Assembly (NCBI GenBank): GCA_035285125.1
Contig: JAYKHR010000012.1
Location: 1 to 38,905 of the forward strand
Direction: 5' to 3'
DNA: 38,905 nucleotides
Origin: Candidatus Sericytochromatia bacterium
Lineage (GTDB): Bacteria > Cyanobacteriota > Sericytochromatia > S15B-MN24 > JAQBPE01
The position numbers and the translations under genes were made by a program. The notes below the pieces were generated by a model. The model saw nothing but the letters and a program-made list of their open reading frames with translations. It was not told the origin of the DNA and did not search any database. Below, in pieces: positions 17,792-26,730 of this stretch (positions are counted from its first letter, which is position 1; every line of letters begins with the position of its first letter).

Positions 17792-18853
17792 TCAGCTGGC
17801 GATCGCCTCGGCCCACGTCGGGTTGGCGCAGAACCACCGGCGCGTGGCCACGAGCAGGTCCCAGAACAGGGCGGCCTGCCCCTGATCGTCCCGCAGCAGC
17901 GCCTGCGCCACGGCCGAGAGGTAGAACTCGACGCGGGCCGTCTCCATCAGCGGCGCGAGCCCCTCCCGCTCGGCCGCTTCCAGCGGCCTTGTCGCCTGGT
18001 AGCCGGCCAGGAAGGCCACCATGTCGCGGTGGTTCGGCTCTGCCTGGCCCGCGAGCAGGCGCGGCCAGTCGAAGCCCACGGGCAGCATCGCCAGCGCGAG
18101 GTCGTAGGCCCAGGGCCCCACGTTCCACAGCCCGAAATCCAGCACGTCGGCCACCTCGTGGCCCTGCCAGAACAGGTTTCGCTTGATCCAGTCGCCGTGG
18201 ATGATGCCCACCGGCCACTCGCCGACCATCGCCTGCAGGCGGCCGACGGGCTCGTGGAGACCGCGGACCACCTCGTGCCAGTCTGCGCGGCTGGAGACGT
18301 AGGCGGCGAGGGCGGGCACTTCGGCCACCAGCGCCTCGAGCGACGCCGGGAAGTCGGGCGACGCCACGGCCCGGTACTGCGCCACCAGCCCCTTGAATGG
18401 CCTGGCCTTGGGCAGCGGGCCCTCCCGCAGCACGAGGTGGTAGCGGGCCAACATGGCCCCGGCCGCGCGGGCGTCCTCGCGATCGCGGTAAGGGGCGAAC
18501 ACGGGCTCGTCGCCATAGCGGTCTTCCCCGCGCGCCAGCGAGAAGACGGCGTAGGGGCTCTCGGCGAGCCACGTGAGCGTGTCTCCCCGGTTGTTGGCGT
18601 GAAGCATCGGGGTGGGGTAGCCGGCCGCCCGCAGCTGCAGCACGATGCTGTGTTCCCCGAGCAGGGCGTAGGCGTCTGTCATCCGCGGGTCGTAGCGCTT
18701 CGCGAAGAAGCGCCCCGCGGCCGTCTCGAAGACGCACGTCGCGGTGTTGGCTGACAGGCCGTTGCGGACGATGCCTCCCAGCGGGCCGAGCCCCGGGTAC
18801 CGGGCCGTGATCTGCGAGAGGGCGGCGGGCGCGATCTCGGGAAAACGCGTCAA
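17792..18853 (-). CDS. APH / type II homoserine kinase-like phosphotransferase
   Basis: FFAKRY (ATP Lys), IIHGDWIKRNL (Brenner motif) and VLDFG. TTG start after AGGAGG, overlapping the upstream stop (TTGA). Confidence 0.85.
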   Translation of the reverse strand: MTRFPEIAPAALSQITARYPGLGPLGGIVRNGLSANTATCVFETAAGRFFAKRYDPRMTDAYALLGEHSIVLQLRAAGYPTPMLHANNRGDTLTWLAESPYAVFSLARGEDRYGDEPVFAPYRDREDARAAGAMLARYHLVLREGPLPKARPFKGLVAQYRAVASPDFPASLEALVAEVPALAAYVSSRADWHEVVRGLHEPVGRLQAMVGEWPVGIIHGDWIKRNLFWQGHEVADVLDFGLWNVGPWAYDLALAMLPVGFDWPRLLAGQAEPNHRDMVAFLAGYQATRPLEAAEREGLAPLMETARVEFYLSAVAQALLRDDQGQAALFWDLLVATRRWFCANPTWAEAIAS

Positions 18854-19803
18854 GTCAGCCTCCTGCGGGCACGGTGGTAGCAGCGCCAGGGGCTGAACCC
18901 GGCGAGCGCATAGAAGTCGAGCAGATCCGTCCAGTCTATCACGCAGGGCCCGGCCCCGCGACCGGCCAGGTGCGACAGGCCGGCCAGCAGCAGCGCCCGT
19001 CCCAGGCCCAGGCCCCGCGCCTCGGTGGCGATGCCGATCGGTCCCAGCGCCGCCACGCCGGGCACGGCCGCGCCCCACCGCCAGGTGCCGGGGGCCTCGG
19101 GCGGGTGCAGGTGGGCGAACCCTAGCGGGCCGTCCGGGCCCACCGCGAGCATCAGGTCCTTCGGGCGGGACGCCCCGCGCGCCAGCGCCTCCGCGACGTC
19201 GTGCGGCCAGCGGCCAGGGAACTCCTGCGCCAGCAGGGCCAGCAACGCAGGCACCTCAGGCGTCGTGCAGGGCCGCAGCGCCAGCCCCGGCGCCACCACC
19301 GGCTGGGCCAGCGCCGGGGAGGCCTGCAGGTTGCGGAAGACGTCCCAGGCGTCCGGCTCGGGTTGGTAGCCTGCGCGCGCGAAGAAGGCCACGGCCTCGG
19401 GCAAGGCCGTCGGCACGCCCGGCACGTGGTGGTGGAAGGCGCCGCCCAGCACCGCCGTGTGAGCACCCCTGGACCGCAGCCAGGCCTCGCCCGCCCCCAG
19501 CAGGGCCCGCCCCAGCCCCTGGCCCTGGGTCTCGGGCGCCACCGCCAGGGCGGCCACCCAGCCCTGGCCGGCGTAGCGGGCCAGCCCCGGGGTGGGCGGC
19601 ACCGCCTTGGCCAGCACGAAGCCGAGCGCCTTGCCCCGCTTGGAGCGGGCCACCAGCAGGCCCGCAGGGTCGAAGCCCGGGTCCTCCGAGGTGAGCCACG
19701 CCCAGGCCCGCGCATCGAGCGGCGCGGCGTGGCCAGCGCCCACGTTCCAGAGGGCAACGAGGTCGGCGGCATCGGCCGGCACGTAGCGCGTGAACTGGGC
19801 CAT
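18850..19803 (-). CDS. Tandem GNAT family N-acetyltransferase
   Basis: Two acetyl-CoA motifs: LAVAPETQGQGLGRALL...FFARAGY and PIGIATEARGLGLGRALL...VIDWTDLLDFYALAGF. Confidence 0.9.
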   Translation of the reverse strand: MAQFTRYVPADAADLVALWNVGAGHAAPLDARAWAWLTSEDPGFDPAGLLVARSKRGKALGFVLAKAVPPTPGLARYAGQGWVAALAVAPETQGQGLGRALLGAGEAWLRSRGAHTAVLGGAFHHHVPGVPTALPEAVAFFARAGYQPEPDAWDVFRNLQASPALAQPVVAPGLALRPCTTPEVPALLALLAQEFPGRWPHDVAEALARGASRPKDLMLAVGPDGPLGFAHLHPPEAPGTWRWGAAVPGVAALGPIGIATEARGLGLGRALLLAGLSHLAGRGAGPCVIDWTDLLDFYALAGFSPWRCYHRARRRLT

Positions 19804-19915
19804 CGCGCGGATGGTACGGCACGCGGGGGTGGGCGGCAAGGGCCTGCCCGGCTGTTGTCGCCTCGGCCGAGGCTGGGCATGCTCGGGGGCGTTCACCCCG
19901 ACTGCTGGAGGGATC

Positions 19916-20152
19916 ATGGCAGCTGACGAGACCCTGAGACCCACCCCGACCGTGCCGAGAGAGCCCTCCGGGGCCGCTGCGCAGGCGGCCTCGCCACCAT
20001 CGGGGCCTCGCGGTGCGGCCCCCTCAAGGCCCCAGCAGGCCTTCGAGAGAGCCTCGAACGCTCCGACGCAGGCGGCCGACCGTCACAGCGCCAGGGCCAC
20101 GTTCTTTCCTGGCCTGACCCGCCTGGACCTGTGGCACGAGGAGGAGGGCTGA
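19916..20152 (+). CDS. Small, mostly disordered hypothetical protein (78 aa)
   Basis: GGAGGG RBS before ATG 19916. It fills the gap and stops 3 nt before the convergent kinase stop. Confidence 0.45.
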   Translation: MAADETLRPTPTVPREPSGAAAQAASPPSGPRGAAPSRPQQAFERASNAPTQAADRHSARATFFPGLTRLDLWHEEEG

Positions 20153-20155
20153 CGC

Positions 20156-23100
20156 TCAGCCCGGGACGGCCACCAGCAGCCCCCCGGCGCGGGGGTTGCC
20201 GCGCCGGATGGCGGTGCGCTCAGCATGCGTGAAGAAGGCGCCCGCGAGCGGGTCCTCGAGCCGTCCGGCCTGATCCTCGAGCAAGGCCCGCGCCTGCAGC
20301 GCCCGCGAGCGCGCCTGAGGGGCTGCGGGCTCAGCGGCGGCCAGCCCGAACAGCCCGTAGGCCTCGAACACCGGCGAGCCGATGGCCTTGGCCGTCGCGA
20401 GCAGGGCCTCGTAGTGCCTCTTCGCCTCGTCCGCCCGCCCGCCAGCCAACGCGACCTCGCCCAGCACCTGGCGCGAGAGCGCCTCGACCTGGCGGGTGCC
20501 CGAGAACTCGGCCACCGCGAGCGCCTCTCGGGCCGTGCGCTCGGCGAGCGCCTGCTCGCCCGCGAGCAGGGCCACCAGCGCCTTCATGGCGGGCAGCCCC
20601 ACGGCTGCGCCCTGGCCCCCGTGCGATCCCGCCGAGGCCGCCGCGTCATCGAGGATGGCCCGCGCCCGCGCGATGTCGCCGCGCCGCGCGGCCAGTTCGG
20701 CCATGTCCAGGCGCAGCCGCCCGGCAGGCTCGTGGTCTCCCGTCGCGGTCATCAGGGCCAGCAGCGCCTCGCTCGCCTCCTCGGCCTGCAGGAAGCACCC
20801 GAGGTAGGTGAGCGCGCGGGCCTGGTACATCAGGACCTGGCTCTCCATGTACTTGTGCTGTAGTGCCCGGGCGATCGCAAGGGCCTCCTGCAGTTGCTTG
20901 ACGACGCTGTCCGGCCGGCCCACGAAGGCGGAGGCCACGGCGTGCAGGCACAGGGCCATGCCCCGCGTGTACTTCGAGTTCAGCGTGGCCGCCACGGCCT
21001 TGGCCTCCGCGGCGTGGCCCTCCATGTCGGCGTAGAGCCCCAGCTCGAAGTCCGTGATGGCCAAATTGAGGTCCGCGATCACGAGCTCGTCGTTGGCCCC
21101 GATTTCGAAGCAGATGCCGCGGTTGCGGGCAAACGTACGTTGCGCGCCGCGGAAGTCGGAGAGCAGGTTCTGGGCGGAGCCGAGGAAGTTGAGCGTGGTG
21201 TTGAGCGCGATCCAGTCCTGCAACTCGGACAGGCACGTCTCGGAGCGTTGCAAGTAGGCGACGCCCAGCGCGGCCCGCTCGGGGTCGGAGGCCACGTAGA
21301 AGTAGCCCAGCATCCCGAGCGACTCGCCCACCTGCCCCGTGAAGCCAGCGGCCTCTGCCCGCGCGAGGGCCTGCTCGGCGAACTCGATGGCCAGCGGCAG
21401 ATCCCCCGAGAAATAGGCGATGCGGGCCGCCAGGATCATCGCCCGGATCGCGCCGAGCTCGTCCCCGACGTCGGAGGCGACTTCCATCGCGCGACGCACC
21501 GTCGTGAGCGCCTCGTCGAGGTCCCCCAGCACCTGGTGGCATCGCCCCAGCCAGCTGAGCAGGTGGCCGAGCAGCCGCCGCTCCCCGAGCGACTCCGCGA
21601 GGGGCACGGCCTCCTGGTAGGCCCGCTTGGCGACGTCGTTGCGGCCCATCACGCGGCGCACGTCCCCCAGGCAGGCGAGCAGCCGCAGCCGATCCTGGTC
21701 GAACCGCCCTGGCTCCGCCTCCTCGGCGATCAGCGAGAGCCCTGCCGTCAGGAAGTGCTCGGCAGGGGCGTTGGCGAAGAGGGCCGCGTGGCGAGAGCCC
21801 GCCTCCAGCGCCCAGGCGATGGCGGCGGCGCCTCCCGGGCCCTGCAGCGCGTGGTGGGCGATCGAGGTGACCAGGTCCAGCGGCACGCGCGCCGCCCAGT
21901 CGCGCTGGGCGGACAGGTCGGTCCAGCTGCCTCCCGCCTTCGCTTCCAGGGCCTCGCAGGCGCGGCTGTGGAGGCGCTGCCGCTCCTGAACGTCCAGGTT
22001 CGCCGCCAGCAGCTCCTGGATCAGGTCCTGCGCGAAGGCGTACTCGCCGCCCTCCGACTCCACCAGCACGTGGGCCTGGGCGAGCGCGCCGACGGCCTGG
22101 AACAACTCGTCGTCCCCAACCTGGGCGACTGCCCCGAGCATGTCGAGGGTCATCGCGTGCGCCAGCACCGCCGCGGCGTTCGCCACGCCCTGGGTCGTCT
22201 CGTCCAGGCAGGTGATGCGCCACATCAGCAGCCCCTTGAGGTTCTTCGGCAGCTGGTCGACGGCGAGCTCGAGCTCCGTGTCCCACCGGCCGTTCGCATA
22301 CGTCAGGGTGCCGTTCTGCACGAGGTGTTCCAGCAGCCGCTCCACGAAGAACGGGCTGCCCTTGGCCAGGCCCGCCACGCCGTCGATGAAGCCGGAGGCC
22401 ACCTGCTGCGTGCCGAGCATCGCGGTGACCATGCGCCGGACCCCCTCGCGCGTGAGGCCGGACACCGGCAGGACGCTGAGGTTGGGGGGCTCGTACTCGG
22501 GCGTGGTGCGGCTGCTGAGGACGATCAGCAAGGGATGCTCGCGGGTGTTGCGCAGCACGTAGTCGAGGAGCTCGATCGAGAGCGGGTCGGCCCACTGCCA
22601 GTCTTCGAGCACCACCACGAGCGGATGCACCACCGAGATGCGGGCCAGCGTCTCGGCGATCGCCGCCTGGAGGCGCAGGCGTTCCTTGGTGGGGCTGTCC
22701 AGCGGCGGGGCCGCCGGCCCGAGCTCCGGCAGCAGCCGGGCGAGGATGGGCCCGTGGGCCGCCAGCGACCCCTGCATCAGGGCCTCGAGCTGACCCATCA
22801 GCTGGCGCAGCGCCGTCACCCACGGTTCGTAGGGCGCGTTGCTCGTCTCGAAGTTGGCGCCCGTCACGCAGAGCAGGTCGGCGAGCTGGACCTTGAAGCG
22901 GAACTCTTGCAGCAGCCGGCTCTTGCCGATGCCGGGCGCGCCGCAGACCATCAGGCCGCCACCCTTGCGCCCCGCGGCGATGGCCGCCAGCGCCGTGTCC
23001 AGCATCCGCATCTCGAGGTCGCGCCCGGCCATCGGGGAGGTGAGCAGCATGCCCCTCGCCCGCTCGGCAACCTCCGCGCCGAGGGCCAGGAGCACCTGCT

Positions 23101-23854
23101 GCGCGCTCTGGAACCGGTCGAGGGGGTTCTTGGCGAGCAGCTTCATCACGATCTGCTCGTGCTGAGGATCGATGTCCGGCCGCCACGTCGAGGGCAGCGG
23201 TGGGGTATGCTCGATGTGGGCCTGGAGCAGCTCTCGCGCCACCTCACTCTCGAAGGGCAGGCGCCCCGTCAGCATCTCGTAGGCCAACACCCCGAGCGAG
23301 TACAGGTCGGTGCGCTGGTCGATGGAGCCGCGCCGGATGACCTCGGGCGCGATGTAAGACAGGGTGCCGTTGACGAAGCCACCGGACTTGCGGGCGTGGT
23401 CCATCAACCCGTAGTCCATCAGCTTCACGCTGCCGTCTGGTCGGATGCGCACGTTGTCGCTCTTGACGTCGAGGTGGACCAGGCCAGCCTGGTGGATGTA
23501 GCCGAGCGCAGCCAGAAGCTCCGTCATCACCGCCACGAAGCGCTCCCGCGGCAGCGGCACCAGGGCGCTGAGGCTGTCCCCCGGCACGTACTCCATCGTG
23601 AAGTATGGCTCGCCCTCGGGCGTCACGCCGTAGTCGAAGACCTGGCAGCAATGGGGGTGCCGCAGCTGCGACATCAGCCTGAACTCCTGCTTGATCTGCA
23701 GGGCCGACTTCTCGTTGGCGCGGTGCCGTGGGGCGATGACCTTCAGCGCCGCTTCCTGGCCGGTCACGGCGTCCCGGACGTGGGAGACCACGCCCATCGC
23801 GCCGCTGCCCAGGGGGGCCAGCACCTCGTAGCGGTTGGCGATCAGCGCGGGCAT
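20156..23854 (-). CDS. Hanks-type Ser/Thr kinase + AAA_16/STAND-like ATPase + TPR protein
   Basis: LGSGAMGVV, ALK, HLDVKSDN, DYG, YIAPE and DLYSLG. Walker A GAPGIGKS, Walker B VVLEDWQWAD, and GSPFFVE. C-terminal TPR-like helices. Confidence 0.92.
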   Translation of the reverse strand: MPALIANRYEVLAPLGSGAMGVVSHVRDAVTGQEAALKVIAPRHRANEKSALQIKQEFRLMSQLRHPHCCQVFDYGVTPEGEPYFTMEYVPGDSLSALVPLPRERFVAVMTELLAALGYIHQAGLVHLDVKSDNVRIRPDGSVKLMDYGLMDHARKSGGFVNGTLSYIAPEVIRRGSIDQRTDLYSLGVLAYEMLTGRLPFESEVARELLQAHIEHTPPLPSTWRPDIDPQHEQIVMKLLAKNPLDRFQSAQQVLLALGAEVAERARGMLLTSPMAGRDLEMRMLDTALAAIAAGRKGGGLMVCGAPGIGKSRLLQEFRFKVQLADLLCVTGANFETSNAPYEPWVTALRQLMGQLEALMQGSLAAHGPILARLLPELGPAAPPLDSPTKERLRLQAAIAETLARISVVHPLVVVLEDWQWADPLSIELLDYVLRNTREHPLLIVLSSRTTPEYEPPNLSVLPVSGLTREGVRRMVTAMLGTQQVASGFIDGVAGLAKGSPFFVERLLEHLVQNGTLTYANGRWDTELELAVDQLPKNLKGLLMWRITCLDETTQGVANAAAVLAHAMTLDMLGAVAQVGDDELFQAVGALAQAHVLVESEGGEYAFAQDLIQELLAANLDVQERQRLHSRACEALEAKAGGSWTDLSAQRDWAARVPLDLVTSIAHHALQGPGGAAAIAWALEAGSRHAALFANAPAEHFLTAGLSLIAEEAEPGRFDQDRLRLLACLGDVRRVMGRNDVAKRAYQEAVPLAESLGERRLLGHLLSWLGRCHQVLGDLDEALTTVRRAMEVASDVGDELGAIRAMILAARIAYFSGDLPLAIEFAEQALARAEAAGFTGQVGESLGMLGYFYVASDPERAALGVAYLQRSETCLSELQDWIALNTTLNFLGSAQNLLSDFRGAQRTFARNRGICFEIGANDELVIADLNLAITDFELGLYADMEGHAAEAKAVAATLNSKYTRGMALCLHAVASAFVGRPDSVVKQLQEALAIARALQHKYMESQVLMYQARALTYLGCFLQAEEASEALLALMTATGDHEPAGRLRLDMAELAARRGDIARARAILDDAAASAGSHGGQGAAVGLPAMKALVALLAGEQALAERTAREALAVAEFSGTRQVEALSRQVLGEVALAGGRADEAKRHYEALLATAKAIGSPVFEAYGLFGLAAAEPAAPQARSRALQARALLEDQAGRLEDPLAGAFFTHAERTAIRRGNPRAGGLLVAVPG

Positions 23855-25458
23855 CAGGGCGTGCCCTCCGGCTGGGCCTCACCGTCGCCCGTGCGACGTA
23901 GCACGAGCCGCTTGCGCGGGCCCTCCTGCCCCAGGCGGTCCACCGCCGCGACCTGGAGCGCCTCGAGGCCCGCGAGCGTGAGGCTGAGCTCGGAGCGGTC
24001 GGCGGGAACGACCTCGGTGCGCCACCGCCCCTCGCGCCGGGTGTAGAGGGTCCACAGCCAGGGCTTGCCGCCGGCGGTGGGCTTGAGGGACACCTCCAGC
24101 GTGCCGCGCTGGCGATCGGTGGAGAGCGTGAGGCTGGGCGTGCCGGGGGCCTTGCCGGCGAGCCAGGGGGTGGCCGGCACGAGCGCCGGGCCCTGGTAAA
24201 CGTCGCGCGTCAGCAGCCCGAAGATCCCCCCGTAGTCTTCGTTCAGGGCCTTCATGCTGAAATGGACGTGCCCCGACGCCCCGGGCTCGAGCCGGGTCCA
24301 GAACACCTGGTAGCCCACCTGCCGGGCGTCGAAGCCACCTTCCTTGATTCGGCTGGTGAACAGCCCCGGCCAGACGTGTCGCTGCTGCTTGTTCTGCTCG
24401 ACCCACCAGCGCAGCAGCACGGGGTAGCTCTGGTCGGGGTTCTCGATGGACCAGTACAGCTGCGGCGAGAAGTAATCGACCCAGCCGCGCTCCAGCCACA
24501 GCTTCGCATCCGCATAGATGGCCTCGAACTGGTTCATCCCCTTGACCTGGCCGGGGTGCCCCGGCTTCCAGATGCCGAAGGGGCTGATGCCGTAGCGCAC
24601 CCACGGCTTCTCCAGCCGGATGCCCTGGTGGAGTCGCTTCACGAAGCGGTTCACGTTGTCCCGGCGCCAGTCGTCTCGCCCGAGGGGGCCGCCCCCCTGG
24701 CGATACCGCGCCCAGCTCTCGTCGTCGGGGAAAGGCAGCTGCATCGGCTTGCCCTGGGCATCGAGCGCGGGCTTGCCATCGAGGCCGACGACGGGCTCCC
24801 GGTAGGGATAGAAGTAGTCGTCCATGTGCACCGCGTCGATGTCGTAGCGCTTGACGACGTCGAGCACGACGGCCACGACGTGGTCCTGCGCGGCCGGTTC
24901 ACCCGGATCGAGCCACTGGTGCTTGCCGTACCGCTTGACCCACTCCGGGTGGGCGACGCTCACGTGGTTGGGGGCCGTCGGCATCGAGGGGGCCGAGGCG
25001 TCCAGCAGGCGAACCCGGAAGGGGTTGAACCACGCGTGCAGCTCGAGGCCACGCGCGTGGGCCTCGGCGACGGCGAAAGCCAGGGGATCGTAGCGCGGCT
25101 CGGGCGCCTGCCCCTGGGCCCCAGACAGGTACTCGCTCCAGGGCTCCAGCGGGGAGTCGTAGAAAGCATCGCAGGCGGGCCGGACCTGCAGCACGACGGC
25201 GTTGAGCTTGAGCGCGACGGCGCGGTCCAGCAGGGCCCTGAGTTCGGCTTGCTGCCGCTCCACCGGGAGCCCGGGCTTGCTAGGCCAGTCGATGTTCCGG
25301 ACGGAGGCGATCCAGACGCCGCGGAACTCGCGGGCGGCGGGCGGCGGCTCGGCGCCGCCGTCGAGCGGCGGCTCGAGGCCAGCCCAGGCCGCCGGGGCGG
25401 CGAGGCCGGCCAGGGCCAGCCAGGCCCCGAGACCCCCCACGACCAAACCCTTAAACAT
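23854..25458 (-). CDS. Family 10-like glycoside hydrolase (GHL10/DUF187, YddW/DigH-YngK-like), secreted
   Basis: REFRGVWIASV..IDWPS, LQVRP, ELHAWFNPFR, YDIDAVHMDDYFYPY, GISPFGIW and DYFSPQLYW. N-terminal signal peptide. TGA overlaps the kinase ATG. Confidence 0.92.
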   Translation of the reverse strand: MFKGLVVGGLGAWLALAGLAAPAAWAGLEPPLDGGAEPPPAAREFRGVWIASVRNIDWPSKPGLPVERQQAELRALLDRAVALKLNAVVLQVRPACDAFYDSPLEPWSEYLSGAQGQAPEPRYDPLAFAVAEAHARGLELHAWFNPFRVRLLDASAPSMPTAPNHVSVAHPEWVKRYGKHQWLDPGEPAAQDHVVAVVLDVVKRYDIDAVHMDDYFYPYREPVVGLDGKPALDAQGKPMQLPFPDDESWARYRQGGGPLGRDDWRRDNVNRFVKRLHQGIRLEKPWVRYGISPFGIWKPGHPGQVKGMNQFEAIYADAKLWLERGWVDYFSPQLYWSIENPDQSYPVLLRWWVEQNKQQRHVWPGLFTSRIKEGGFDARQVGYQVFWTRLEPGASGHVHFSMKALNEDYGGIFGLLTRDVYQGPALVPATPWLAGKAPGTPSLTLSTDRQRGTLEVSLKPTAGGKPWLWTLYTRREGRWRTEVVPADRSELSLTLAGLEALQVAAVDRLGQEGPRKRLVLRRTGDGEAQPEGTP

Positions 25459-25554
25459 ATCTGAAGCTACCCTTAGCCTATAATTTGTCTTGTCTGGGCG
25501 TCCAGGCGGCGATATACCCCCGAAGCCCGCGCGATCCATGCTGGAGACCGACCG

Positions 25555-26730
25555 ATGCCAGGCCCCCTCCATTCTGTCACGACCGCGGCCGGTTTGGCAC
25601 CCCGTGGCGGCGTGCCTCTCGCCGGGGGTTCCGTGGTCGCGTCGGCGGAGCCGGCGGCCGTGGCGGCCCCCGCGTGGCAGCCTTACCCCACGCCCCCACC
25701 TCAGGAAGGGGTCCTGGCCCGTGTCTGGCGCGGCCTCAAGAATTTCTTCCGCGTCCTGTTCGGGCGGCCACCGCTCCCGTACAATCCTGGCTACCCCTGG
25801 TCCGGGCCTTATCCGGGCCAGCCCGTTCCCCCGGTGGGGGGCTGGCCTCCCTCCGCCGGCTTCCCCGCCTGGCCGGGGCCGCCCCAGCCGGGTCAACCCG
25901 CCTTCCCCCCCTACTATGGTCAACCTCCCATCCAGCCAAGTTACCCGCCGACCTACCCCGGGGCGCCGTGGCCCGGGGGCGGCCCGTTCGACCAGCTGCG
26001 CGGCATGATCGACGCTGTCCTCAGGCTCTTCCGGGGCTCCCCCGCTGGCCCTTGGGGCCCCGGGCCCTCGCAGCCCGGCTACCCCGGGCCGACCTACCCG
26101 GGCTACCCGGCGCCGCCGCCGATGGGCTACCCCGGGCCGACCTACCCGGGCTACCCGGCGCCGCCGCCGGTGGGCTACCCCGGGCCGACCTACCCGGGCT
26201 ACCCGGCGCCGCCGCCGGTGGGCTACCCCGGGCCGATCTACCCGGGCTACCCGGCGCCGCCGCCGGTGGGCTACCCCGGGCCGTCCTACCCGGGCTACCC
26301 GGCACCGCCCTACCCTGTCTACCCGCCCGGCTGGCAGGCCCCTGCGGGGGGCTTCTTCAGCCGACTGGTGCGCGGCATCGGCGCCTTCTTCCGGCGGCTG
26401 TTCGGGCGCCCCACCTGGCCCCCCCAAGGGCCTGGCTGGGCTGGGCCCTCGCCCGCGCCGTGGCCCCCGGTGCCGACCTCGCAGCCGCGGCCCGCGCCAC
26501 CGCCGGCGGCAGGCCCCGTCGCCCCGTCGCCCTCAGGGCCCGGCGAGGCGGCACCTCCGTTGCCGGCTCCCCCCCCTCCCTACCGCGGGCCGAGCAGCGG
26601 CGGCGGCGTGGCCCCGCCCTCGCGCGGCGCGCCTCCGCTGCCGGACGCGCCCGCGCGCTGGCTGGCCCCACCACCGCCTGCGCCAGTCTACGAGGCCCCG
26701 CCCCTGCCCGCGCTCCCCCCAGGCTCGTGA
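25555..26730 (+). CDS. Pro/Gly/Tyr/Trp-rich low-complexity protein with three amphipathic helices
   Basis: GGAG RBS, in-frame 48-nt repeats with GC3-rich codons, and a stop that overlaps the GH1 start (TGATG). Confidence 0.75.
   Translation: MPGPLHSVTTAAGLAPRGGVPLAGGSVVASAEPAAVAAPAWQPYPTPPPQEGVLARVWRGLKNFFRVLFGRPPLPYNPGYPWSGPYPGQPVPPVGGWPPSAGFPAWPGPPQPGQPAFPPYYGQPPIQPSYPPTYPGAPWPGGGPFDQLRGMIDAVLRLFRGSPAGPWGPGPSQPGYPGPTYPGYPAPPPMGYPGPTYPGYPAPPPVGYPGPTYPGYPAPPPVGYPGPIYPGYPAPPPVGYPGPSYPGYPAPPYPVYPPGWQAPAGGFFSRLVRGIGAFFRRLFGRPTWPPQGPGWAGPSPAPWPPVPTSQPRPAPPPAAGPVAPSPSGPGEAAPPLPAPPPPYRGPSSGGGVAPPSRGAPPLPDAPARWLAPPPPAPVYEAPPLPALPPGS
26077..26310 (+). repeat. 48-nt tandem coding repeat, about 4.9 copies (GYPGPTYPGYPAPPPV)
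   Basis: Units start at 26077, 26125, 26173, 26221 and 26269 (last unit partial). There are no spacers. Confidence 0.95.

Noticed and set aside
26077..26310. 48-nt repeats as a CRISPR array
   Set aside because: The units are contiguous with no unique spacers, are in frame within a CDS, and no cas genes are present. The same applies to the 24-nt and 18-nt repeats.
25485..26729. Long N-terminal extensions of GH1 (ORF 25485-27917) and GHL10 (ORF to 26427)
   Set aside because: Family motifs begin at ATG 26730 and ATG 25458 respectively. The extensions are off-frame or antisense readings of the GYP-repeat gene.
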